IMG/VR virus record: IMGVR_UViG_3300040985_000395
Location: 1 to 31,444 of that record
DNA length: 31,444 bases
Direction: 5' to 3' (one strand)
From: a virus
Taxonomy: Duplodnaviria > Caudoviricetes
Shown: piece by piece, positions 22,763 through 31,013 of the stretch
How the letters are laid out: the number at the start of each line of letters is the position of its first letter
Position numbering within the stretch: the stretch's first letter is position 1
The notes under the pieces: model-generated
Told to the model about the DNA's origin: nothing
The model's input: the letters and a program-made list of their open reading frames with translations, nothing else
Databases searched by the model: none
Program-made: the position numbers and the translations under genes

Positions 22763-25524
22763 CGCGTCACCCTGTGCAGCATCACCGCGCCCGCGTCAGT
22801 CAACAGCGACCGCAACTGCTGGCGCACAATCGGGAAGTCCGGCGCGGTCGTGGCCGTGCCGACGAAGTCCTCCGTGATGCTGATAGCGCCCACGCTGATG
22901 GTGCTGTTCGTCACGTTGCCATCACCCGGATCGATGTCGGGCCGCAGCGTCGTGCCTGCCAGATAGCGCAACGCCACCTCGGCGGTCGAATGCAGCAACC
23001 GCTTGGGCATCTCGTCGTTGTCGTAATACAGCCCCGTGTCGCCATCGACGACGCCACTGCGCGGCCAATCAAGCGCCTGCGTATCGCTGTCGATGACGCC
23101 GCGCCAGCGGTTGCCGTATCGCTCCGAGATGTAGAACGTGGCCATCCGCAACGCCTGCTCCTTGTCGGCAGTCGTGGCATCGGTCCAGGTCGTTGGGTTG
23201 CTGCGATACAGGAAGTAATCATCTACGAACGCCACGCTGGCGTAGCTGTTCGCATCTGGGAGTCCGCTGCCAGTTTCGACGATAAGGGTGGCGGACTCGG
23301 GCACCACTGGTGCCCCACCCTCATCCGTGAACAGTTTGATTACTTCAACGGCCCAGTCAGTGCCTAGGTGCAGCGCGGCCTCGCCGTCGTAGTGGATCGA
23401 ATCGCTAGACTGCAACCCGTAGCGGTTGACGTTGCTCGGTATGTAGCCCAGGTTGGTGCGCTGCGCAGGTAGCCCAGCGACCACCGCCCGGTATGCCTCG
23501 CGATCTGCCGCAGTGCCCAACGCTGACCCGCCGGCTGTCGTACTCAATGGTGGCGGGCCTTGCTGCCACACTATAGGAATTTCGTAGTCATCGCTGACCC
23601 GCGTCTGGAACAGTGTGCGGCAACGGTCAACGTGTAGCGGTGCCTTGGTCGCGAACGCTGACGTATACAGTAGGTCGTTCTCGCCCAGGTCGTTGCAGAC
23701 GGCGACGACATCCACGCTGCGGTTCAAATCCCGCACCACTGCCTGCTTAAACTTGGCCCATTGGGCCTCGATCGTTTCCCAATGGCCACCCGGCTCGATG
23801 AATCCGGCCACGGTGCCGGTGCCTGCCTCGGATGTCAGCGCCACGCCGGCCAGCGCAAACTTGAAGACCACGACGCCAGTCGTCCACTTGTCGCGGATCG
23901 TGTCGCGCAGCAGCGTGGCTTCTGGTCCCCAATAGCTCTCGACGCTGCCGAACGTGCTACCGTTGCTGGCTACGTTGTAGGGCAGCACTTGCTCGTTGAC
24001 GTTGTCCCATATGTAAGCGCCCGGCATGATGTCGCTCGCTGCCTGCGTCAGCGTTTGGGACTTCATCAGCGTGATGATGCTAGGACTGAGCGCACTAGTC
24101 ACCATCTGGCTGGTGCCGATCATCACCACGCACGGGATGGCAGCACCAGGCGGCGCAGTAGGTTGCACCGTGTAGAACGCCTGGATCGTGTTGTGCAGCG
24201 CGTAGCCTGCAGCGATGTAGCTCGGCACGTCGTAGTACTTGTCCGACAACGTCGCGCTGTATTTGGCAGCCACCGCCCAGTTGCCCGGCTCCCAATCGTG
24301 CAAGCGCACGTTCTCCGCCGTGTCGGCCACTGACTGGTTGGCGGCGCGCACGCCAAGGCTCAGGATGGGCTGCCCGCTGCTTAGGCTCGAGTATGCGCCG
24401 ATCTTGGGACTCGCGACAACCAGGAGCGGGCTGGCGAGGATGTCAAACGTCGCCGCGCCGGGCGCGACACTAAACCCGCCATACGTCTGCGGTGCCACCA
24501 GCGTGACGATCGTGAGCGTGTCGGCTGTATTGCTTGCGACCATCCGCAGCTCGTTGATGGCTGCGCCGCTGGTGATGCGCACGGTGCGCCCTTTCCATTG
24601 GTCCACAGTCCAGCCTGCGCTTGCCACGGTCAACGTCGTCGTGGTGCCAGCGGTGGCGGTAGCGGTGGTCTTGGCCTCCGTCATGCCGAGCGCCTCGAGC
24701 CTGCTGCGCAAACTGTCGATCAGCCGCAGTAGATCGCTTTGGTAGTCCACATTGACGGCGGCCAAGTCGCTGTGTGCCGAATCAATGACAACGCTTTTGA
24801 CGCGCAGCGTGTTGCTGGCGTTGGTCTCGTAATCTTGGAGCAGTGCCAAATCCGTATCGAGCGTGTCGCCGTTGGTCTGACCTGTCATCCATCCATCGGT
24901 CTTGGTCGGTCCTGCCCGCTTATACATGCGGAACCCGGTGCCGGTGATGCCGTGGACGTTGACCAGTCGGTTAACCCATGCGGGCGTCTGGTCTACTGAG
25001 TTGATGCCGAACCAGTTGACGCCTGACGCTGACTTCTGGCCGGCGACAATGCCCACGCCGCTCTGCGTGCTAGCAGTGGGCCAGAACTTAACAAACCCGC
25101 CCTTGATGGTGAACGTGTCGCCGGATGATGGCGCACCAGCCAGCGCAGGCGTGAAGGTGATTTCGGTGGCTGTGTTGCTGACCACGCGCACCTTGCTGCC
25201 GTTGTAGGTGCCAGATGTGATTTCGACTTCGCGGCCTGCCCATTCGTTAACGTCCCACGTAGCCGTGCTGAGTCCGATGGTGGTCGTGGTCGGCGTGCCG
25301 TCGCTGGTGACTGCGAACGTGTCACCATCCCAATAGGGATCGTATGCGCCGCCCGTCAATCCTGTGGCATCGCTTGGCTCCACGCGACTCAGCTCGTCCA
25401 TCAGCAACGATATGCCCGCCTGCTGACTGCCTGCCGGGTTCCATTGCAGTGTAGCCTTCTGGGCGTCGTCGCCGCCTGCAATGATGTTGTCACCGATGTG
25501 GATGTGTAGATCTAGTTGAGCCAT
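22759..25524 (-). CDS. Head-tail adaptor (DnaT_2-like connector) fused to tandem SGNH/SASA esterase-like domains
   Basis: The C-terminal ~175 aa carry LIVETGSGLPDANSYASV...KEQAL..AT...WRG....TQALDWPR. Upstream SASA-like motifs are IGTSQM, WGPE, FKFALAG, LGEND and DSIHY. Confidence 0.8.
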   Translation of the reverse strand: MAQLDLHIHIGDNIIAGGDDAQKATLQWNPAGSQQAGISLLMDELSRVEPSDATGLTGGAYDPYWDGDTFAVTSDGTPTTTTIGLSTATWDVNEWAGREVEITSGTYNGSKVRVVSNTATEITFTPALAGAPSSGDTFTIKGGFVKFWPTASTQSGVGIVAGQKSASGVNWFGINSVDQTPAWVNRLVNVHGITGTGFRMYKRAGPTKTDGWMTGQTNGDTLDTDLALLQDYETNASNTLRVKSVVIDSAHSDLAAVNVDYQSDLLRLIDSLRSRLEALGMTEAKTTATATAGTTTTLTVASAGWTVDQWKGRTVRITSGAAINELRMVASNTADTLTIVTLVAPQTYGGFSVAPGAATFDILASPLLVVASPKIGAYSSLSSGQPILSLGVRAANQSVADTAENVRLHDWEPGNWAVAAKYSATLSDKYYDVPSYIAAGYALHNTIQAFYTVQPTAPPGAAIPCVVMIGTSQMVTSALSPSIITLMKSQTLTQAASDIMPGAYIWDNVNEQVLPYNVASNGSTFGSVESYWGPEATLLRDTIRDKWTTGVVVFKFALAGVALTSEAGTGTVAGFIEPGGHWETIEAQWAKFKQAVVRDLNRSVDVVAVCNDLGENDLLYTSAFATKAPLHVDRCRTLFQTRVSDDYEIPIVWQQGPPPLSTTAGGSALGTAADREAYRAVVAGLPAQRTNLGYIPSNVNRYGLQSSDSIHYDGEAALHLGTDWAVEVIKLFTDEGGAPVVPESATLIVETGSGLPDANSYASVAFVDDYFLYRSNPTTWTDATTADKEQALRMATFYISERYGNRWRGVIDSDTQALDWPRSGVVDGDTGLYYDNDEMPKRLLHSTAEVALRYLAGTTLRPDIDPGDGNVTNSTISVGAISITEDFVGTATTAPDFPIVRQQLRSLLTDAGAVMLHRVTR

Positions 25525-25552
25525 GACGCGAGCGGTGGGGGGTGGTGACGAT

Positions 25553-25581
25553 GCGCACGGGCCAGCGTGTGACCCGTGCGC
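25553..25581 (-). terminator. Stem-loop downstream of the major capsid gene
   Basis: GCGCACGGG-N11-CCCGTGCGC in the intergenic gap; no U-tract. Confidence 0.5.
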
Positions 25582-25596
25582 GTGTCCTCGGCCTAA

Positions 25597-26718
25597 TTAG
25601 CCGATGATCTTGATGACGCCTTCGGGCCGCACCACCTTGGTGCCATAGAGCGCGTCGATGCTCCAGCGGTCGCGCTTGTGCTCGCGGGTGACCTCGAGGC
25701 GCAACGACAACCCGCTGACCGGGTCGCTGATGGTCTGCGATGCAATCGCGCTGTTGCTGGCTTGGAACGGGCGCGAGACAAACACGACAGAATCGCGATG
25801 GAACGCCACGTTGCTGATGTTGGTGAGGCCACCAGTGTCGCGCAAGGCAATGCTGGTACCGTCTGCCACATCTGCCACCAATCCTTGGTTGAGCGTGATG
25901 CTGGTCACAGTCGCGCCGCCCACAGTGCTGGCCACGCCGTAGTCGTAGCTGCCGATGGTGACCGTGTCGCCTTCCAGGATCGTGCCTGAGCCAGTGTCTA
26001 CTGCAATGGTCTTGTCACCTGCACTAGCGGCACCGTCAAGGTCATAGCTTGCATTGGCCGTGCCGGTGGTGTGCGATGCCACGTTCTGGTCCATGACCCA
26101 CGCCATGCCCATCTTCGGAGTTAGGCCCACATCACCAGCCTCGAACGGAAACCCGGTGACGTAGTCGCCACTGGTGAACTGCTCCAACGCCAACAGATTG
26201 GCTTCGGCATCCTCTTGGAACACGCAGAACCGATCGCCACGCGCCACCTTGTTGGTGTTGAGCAACTTCTGCGGTGCCGTCACATCAGCGATTGCGTCAA
26301 ACACGCTGCCGCTTTGGTAGTCGGCCAGGCCGTGTCCGTTGGTCGCGGCCAGAAGGATGCCGGCGTCGATGGTCTCGATGATTGACGCAAGCGCAGCATC
26401 AACAACGCCTGGCAGCTTGTCGCCTTGCACCTCCATCATATCCTTGTCCGTCATGTAGAAAGGGGCTTCCTTCCACGACGACAACGGCACGTTGACCGAC
26501 GACAGGGTGATGTCGCTGGTAGTCGGCGGGACTTGCGCAGCAGCCACATCAATGGTCGTGATGGACGGCGGCAGTGGAACGTCAATCGAGCTGCCCGGCT
26601 GTGCGCCCAGCGTGTCGAAATCGCGGTTGACAAGTCGCGGCATCACAGAGTGTGCTCGCAGCTTGGGAAGCATCAGCCCCACCAATTTGGGGACGATGTC
26701 GGTGATGGTATTAGCCAA
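25597..26718 (-). CDS. Major capsid protein (P22 coat-protein family, HK97 fold)
   Basis: MANTI...LVNRDFD...GSSIDVPLP, AFHRDSVVFVSRP and RWSIDALYGTKVVRPE; TTG start. Confidence 0.9.
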   Translation of the reverse strand: MANTITDIVPKLVGLMLPKLRAHSVMPRLVNRDFDTLGAQPGSSIDVPLPPSITTIDVAAAQVPPTTSDITLSSVNVPLSSWKEAPFYMTDKDMMEVQGDKLPGVVDAALASIIETIDAGILLAATNGHGLADYQSGSVFDAIADVTAPQKLLNTNKVARGDRFCVFQEDAEANLLALEQFTSGDYVTGFPFEAGDVGLTPKMGMAWVMDQNVASHTTGTANASYDLDGAASAGDKTIAVDTGSGTILEGDTVTIGSYDYGVASTVGGATVTSITLNQGLVADVADGTSIALRDTGGLTNISNVAFHRDSVVFVSRPFQASNSAIASQTISDPVSGLSLRLEVTREHKRDRWSIDALYGTKVVRPEGVIKIIG

Positions 26719-26920
26719 ATCTCTTCCGGGCCGACGAACGAAACAGGCGTGGCCCGCTCCTTATCGTTGTTTGTTGTTGTCGTGACCCGCGCAACCGGCC
26801 CGGCTGTAGGTAACCCGCTGGGCTACCTAATCGGCGACAGTCCACAGCCAACGCCGTTGGCTATGGTTTGCCGCGTGTGCGGCGCGTGGCTGCGTCATTG
26901 ACGCGGAAAGCCACGCGGCG
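26719..26920 (-). promoter_or_regulatory. Structured 5' leader of the capsid gene
   Basis: Hairpins at 26883-26917, 26842-26866, 26807-26829 and 26727-26756; CAA-rich tract at 26764-26781; SD TAAGGAG at 26757-26763. Confidence 0.7.
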
Positions 26921-26922
26921 GC

Positions 26923-26952
26923 ATTGTAGCCACTAGGGTGCGTCTACGTCAA
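26923..26952 (-). promoter_or_regulatory. Sigma70-type promoter for the capsid gene
   Basis: TTGACG (26952-26947), 18-nt spacer, TACAAT (26928-26923). Confidence 0.65.
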
Positions 26953-27289
26953 CAGGTGGCGCAGTGGCAGCCTTGCGCGGCCTGCCCGGCTTGCGCTTGG
27001 CTGGTGCCTTTGGCTTGTGGAATACATAGGTGCGGTGACCCTGGTGCGCTGTCGCATGACCCACGCATTCCCATGCCGGATCAATTTCCGCCTGCGTGTT
27101 CCTGTGCGAAACAAGCCACAGGCGCAGCGGTTCCATCTCGGTGGTGACGGGTGCCAGCAAATCCACAAACCAATACCCGCTGCCGCTCTGATGCACGCGC
27201 AGCAGGGTGCTGCCCTTGGGCTGCATTACATCTACCTCGCCATTGCTCTGGCGAAAGCGCACCGTGTGCAAGCGTCTCATTCCTGCCAT
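26933..27289 (-). CDS. Hypothetical beta-rich protein with C-terminal AT-hook-like motif
   Basis: GGGGGAGG RBS; ends in PAKRKPGRPRKAA. Confidence 0.65.
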   Translation of the reverse strand: MAGMRRLHTVRFRQSNGEVDVMQPKGSTLLRVHQSGSGYWFVDLLAPVTTEMEPLRLWLVSHRNTQAEIDPAWECVGHATAHQGHRTYVFHKPKAPAKRKPGRPRKAATAPPVDVDAP

Positions 27290-28047
27290 TGTGCCTCCCC
27301 CCTTGCCACCTTTTCCACAGCCTGCACGTATGCCACAGGATCGTCTCGCACATCGGCCATGCGGATACGGTTGCCGCCCACGCCACCAGGCCGAGCACCA
27401 CCGCCATCACCACCATCGAACAGGTGCGGCGCGTCGGTCACTGTCCGGTCTAGCCATGCCTCAAGCGTCAGGTCTTGGCCTTGACCATCCACGCTGTTGT
27501 CCTTGGCCACGAGCGCGTCCAGTGCTTCGTTCGGCTGGAACGTGCCGCCGGCACGCATGATTAAGTCCTCGCGGGCAGTCGGGCGCAGGCGCAGTTTCTT
27601 GCGCTCCAGTGCGCCACCGATCTGGTCGGCTAGGTAGACCGAGCCAAACCGCTGGCGGGCCGCTTGCTTGTCTTGCTCGGCCTGCTCGCGCTGCTGGTTT
27701 AGGTCTTCAAACTGCCGTTGGTATTCGGTCTTGATCGCGGCGGTGCGGCGCTCGAGCACCTGGTCAAACTGGCCCGACTTGAGCAGCGCGGCTTCTTCTT
27801 CGCCTTGCGCCTTGTCCAGCATCGTCTTGTATTGGTCGCGGATCTGCTGCTGCTCGCCCATCAGATCATCGAGCTGCGCCTTCATCTTTATGTTGTTATC
27901 ACGCATCTCGCGATACTTCGCCATGTCCACGGCGGGCGTGTCGTCGGTGGTCTCGAGTTGCACCTGCCAACCGTTGCCGGTGTCTTTGTAGAAGTCGCGC
28001 AGTTGTTCGGGTATGTCGTCTGCCGTTTCGTATGTCTTGCGTAGCAT
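27277..28047 (-). CDS. Capsid scaffolding protein
   Basis: DDIPEQLRDFYK N-terminus, long coiled coil, APHLFDG.DGGGA motif; upstream of the MCP. Confidence 0.8.
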   Translation of the reverse strand: MLRKTYETADDIPEQLRDFYKDTGNGWQVQLETTDDTPAVDMAKYREMRDNNIKMKAQLDDLMGEQQQIRDQYKTMLDKAQGEEEAALLKSGQFDQVLERRTAAIKTEYQRQFEDLNQQREQAEQDKQAARQRFGSVYLADQIGGALERKKLRLRPTAREDLIMRAGGTFQPNEALDALVAKDNSVDGQGQDLTLEAWLDRTVTDAPHLFDGGDGGGARPGGVGGNRIRMADVRDDPVAYVQAVEKVARGEAQWQE

Positions 28048-28050
28048 TGG

Positions 28051-29127
28051 CTATAGCGCGTCCTTGGCGCGCAGTTCTTTGATGGTCAGCGGTTGCAGGT
28101 CTTTGCCTAGCATCTGCTTCAGGTTTAGATCGCCGCGACGAAACGCCGCAGCCTTTTGCTTGCCGAACATTTCCTCCTGCTCGGCTAGTGGTCTCGTCTT
28201 GATCCATTCTTCGAACGTCACGCCTGCATCCACCTGACCGTCAAATGCGGCGCGGGTGCCGAATGGATCGTCACCAAGGTCTGGCACCGCAGAGCTGCGG
28301 CAGTTTGGATGCAGCGGCGGCATTGGCCCCTCACCGACAGGGAAGCGGTCGCCGTCAAGGCTGGCGCATAGGATGGTTGTCCTGCTGTCTAGCGTGGCAA
28401 CAAACCGCCAATGCGTGACGCCGAGCTCACGAAAGGTTTCTTCGCGTGCGGCTGTGCTCTCGCTAGTGGCAGCGGTGCGCACCAGCGTGTCCACGCCCGT
28501 CTCTGCCTTGTCTAGGATGCCCTCTTCAGTGCGTGATCCTTTGATGCCTCGCACGATCTGGTCCACGGTCTCGCCTAGCTCAAGTCCTAGCAGGATGCGG
28601 CGGCGCACGTTGTTGCCGGTCGGCTCTGCCAGCATCGTGTCAAACCACTGCTCGACGTTGTCGCCAAGCACCAGTTGTTGGCTAGGGTCAGGCGCACGCA
28701 CTGGAGCCACAGCCTGGTCAGTCGTCTTGGCTGCGTTCTCGGTCACAAAGTCGGCCTCACGCTGGCCCACCTGCTCTAGCCTCTGCTCCATGAGTTGGCG
28801 CAGTTCCATGATGCCGCGTCTGATGATGTTGTCGATGTCCTCGAGCATCAGGCGGATCTGCGGGAACCTGTCAGGATTCACACCGCGCCCACGCTCGTCA
28901 AAGCCTGCCAACGTCTTGCCGATGCTTTCCAGCAATGGCTGCGCGATCATGCGTCGGAACTGCTGCACGGCTTCGATCTGCACACCGCGCACGGCTCGAG
29001 CCATCAGCACATCATGGCGGTTGAACCGAGTCAAAAACTCGCCCGCACGCCTGCGCAGTTCCTTGCGCAGCTCGCGGGTGGCTCGGTCGTTGACGCCTGC
29101 ATTGATTGGCGGGGGCGTGCCCGTCAC
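28051..29127 (-). CDS. Minor head protein (SPP1 gp7 / Mu F family)
   Basis: TLVRTA, WRFVATLDSRTTILCASLDG and PPLHPNCRS. Confidence 0.92.
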   Translation of the reverse strand: MTGTPPPINAGVNDRATRELRKELRRRAGEFLTRFNRHDVLMARAVRGVQIEAVQQFRRMIAQPLLESIGKTLAGFDERGRGVNPDRFPQIRLMLEDIDNIIRRGIMELRQLMEQRLEQVGQREADFVTENAAKTTDQAVAPVRAPDPSQQLVLGDNVEQWFDTMLAEPTGNNVRRRILLGLELGETVDQIVRGIKGSRTEEGILDKAETGVDTLVRTAATSESTAAREETFRELGVTHWRFVATLDSRTTILCASLDGDRFPVGEGPMPPLHPNCRSSAVPDLGDDPFGTRAAFDGQVDAGVTFEEWIKTRPLAEQEEMFGKQKAAAFRRGDLNLKQMLGKDLQPLTIKELRAKDAL

Positions 29128-31013
29128 TTGTCTACCTTACCCACTTTGCCCAAAGATTTGACGCCCAGCAGTTGCGCCGCTTCTGCCAGTAGCGTGTTGG
29201 CTCCTGCCTTGTTTCCTGCTCTCACCATGCGCTCTGCGCCCAAGGTCAACTCGTTCAACGTAAGCATAGGCACACCGTCTACGACTTCGTTAGCCGGCTG
29301 TGGCGTAGTCTGGTTGTCGCCGTCATCCGGCAGACGTTGCATAAAGCTAGCCATCTGTGCCTCGGCTGCGCGGGCCTTGTCTTCGTCGGCTGCGGCAATC
29401 TCGGCGTCAATCTCGATGTCGCCCAACATGCCCAGCGCCTTGACGCGCTCCAGATAGGTGCGCTGGCTGATGCGACCTTCGCGCACATCGGATTGCAGCA
29501 TGACCAGCTCGTCCTTGCGGCTGCGGCCTGGTGCGCCCATCTCGATGCGGTCGCGCTCTTCGTCGTCGCTGACGCCCGGCGGCAGCATCTCGCCACGCCG
29601 CAGGTTGTAGCTGTAGGTCTCCCACGAGATGGTGCCCGCTTGCAGGCTTTGCGTCAGCGTTGCCAATTCGCCGGGGTCCATGCGCGATGCGTCAAAGTCT
29701 GCGGTCAGGCTGTAGTTGACGGTCTCCGCCAGTGCCGTGTCATCGTATGCCGGCAACTGCCACGCGAGCCACCGCTGGATTGCTCGCGTCGTCGCCGCGC
29801 TGACGTTCTCCGCCATGGTGGTCAAGACGCTGCGCTCACCCGCTTGGCGCAGGCGCACGGTGCCCATTGCCTCCGCCGTTGCCGGTTGTTCCTCGAGCAT
29901 CCGAGCACCTAGCACAGCCATCTGCTGCTCTTTGTCTTTGAGTCCTTCGCGGATCTGGCCCAAGCCTGCGCCGCTAAACTCGAGGTACTGCGCGTTGGCT
30001 CCAGGCTCAGGACTAGCCCATGCGTAGCCGCAGCCCACCACCAGCTTGGTGCCTTCCTCGAGCTGGAAGCCTGATACCCATGGCTGCGGTATCGCAGTCA
30101 TATGCCGCCCCCATTCCAGGTCGGCGCTGCCGCGATAGTGCGACAGCATGACATTCGCCATGCCTAGCATCGGTGGTTCCTCGACGTTGACCGACACGCC
30201 ACCGATGGCGTTGACGATGTCCATCGGTATCTCGTTCCAGAATCGCCCGCCGTTCTTCGTCGGGGTCTTGATGCTGTGCAGTTGCATCTCACCGCTGCGC
30301 ACGCCGCCGCTGGTCGTGCCCAACGTGCGCCAATACTCCTGCCAATACACCAAGTCGTCAGCGGGTGCGCTGGCTAGCGTCTCGCCACCGTCTACCTGCT
30401 GCGCGTATTGGTGCTCGGATGCTTTGCCTAGCCGCAGCAGTAGATACTGCTCGCGCTGCTCGGTCTCCGATCCAATCAGGTCGCCATCCTTGGGCACATC
30501 GTAGGTTTGGCGGATGGCGATGGTCGTGGGGATCTTGCGCCCGCCGTAGTCCGTGCAGTGCCAGTAGACGATGTCCTCGGCCTTGAACATGCACAGGTAT
30601 GGTGGCTGTGTTGCATCGTCGCCGCGCTCCACTAGCAAGCCATAACGGCCCACGCTGACGATGTCGCGCAACTGCTGCATCACGATGGCGTCTAGCCCTT
30701 CGTAGTTTGGTCCTGCGTCGTTCTGCAACTCTTGGAGCTGCGCGTCTGGCACGCCTTCGATGCTGGCCGGCCTGCGCATGACGGCACCGACCAGGCCCGA
30801 CTGCGTGCGCGATGCTGCCCCGTAGAACGACGCCCGCAGCAGGTAGTTGTTGTACGACTCCATCGCGTAGATGTCGCCGCTCTCGCGCTGGCTGGTCAGC
30901 ATTGGCAGATACATCTGGCGCTCGCTTTTGATGCGGTCTTCGCCTTGGATGCAGTCGCGCACCTTGCGCCATTGCGGCGCGGTCGCCGTGTATTCGGTGT
31001 GTGTGATGGTCAT
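29124..31013 (-). CDS. Portal protein (DUF4055 type)
   Basis: HTEY....PQWRKVRDC, YLLRASFY, PPMLGMANVMLSHYRGSADLE and AGERSVL; directly downstream of terL. Confidence 0.92.
   Translation of the reverse strand: MTITHTEYTATAPQWRKVRDCIQGEDRIKSERQMYLPMLTSQRESGDIYAMESYNNYLLRASFYGAASRTQSGLVGAVMRRPASIEGVPDAQLQELQNDAGPNYEGLDAIVMQQLRDIVSVGRYGLLVERGDDATQPPYLCMFKAEDIVYWHCTDYGGRKIPTTIAIRQTYDVPKDGDLIGSETEQREQYLLLRLGKASEHQYAQQVDGGETLASAPADDLVYWQEYWRTLGTTSGGVRSGEMQLHSIKTPTKNGGRFWNEIPMDIVNAIGGVSVNVEEPPMLGMANVMLSHYRGSADLEWGRHMTAIPQPWVSGFQLEEGTKLVVGCGYAWASPEPGANAQYLEFSGAGLGQIREGLKDKEQQMAVLGARMLEEQPATAEAMGTVRLRQAGERSVLTTMAENVSAATTRAIQRWLAWQLPAYDDTALAETVNYSLTADFDASRMDPGELATLTQSLQAGTISWETYSYNLRRGEMLPPGVSDDEERDRIEMGAPGRSRKDELVMLQSDVREGRISQRTYLERVKALGMLGDIEIDAEIAAADEDKARAAEAQMASFMQRLPDDGDNQTTPQPANEVVDGVPMLTLNELTLGAERMVRAGNKAGANTLLAEAAQLLGVKSLGKVGKVDK

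Noticed and set aside
22756-22771. 16-bp match GCGTCATCGCGTCACC to 6607-6622
   Set aside because: Both are VTR-stop/ATGA coupled junctions; a short GC-rich match with no further context.
26725-26760. CGACGAACGAAAC on the plus strand suggested a hammerhead core
   Set aside because: No CUGANGA element or three-stem arrangement; the minus-strand SD-bridging hairpin explains it.
26800-26880. Resemblance to a c-di-GMP-I (GEMM) riboswitch: GGCAAACCA...UGGAC and AGCGGGUUACC on the minus strand
   Set aside because: The GNRA tetraloop, the GACGCAAAGC junction and the CUAA receptor are absent, and GGGUUACC pairs locally in its own hairpin. Kept only as a structured leader.
28256-29457. Long plus-strand ORFs opposite structural genes (e.g. 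28256-29161, 28795-29457, also 11286-11963 and 12985-13650) and minus-strand 7989-8801
   Set aside because: Antisense shadows of high-GC coding sequence, with no RBS or motifs, lying over well-supported genes.
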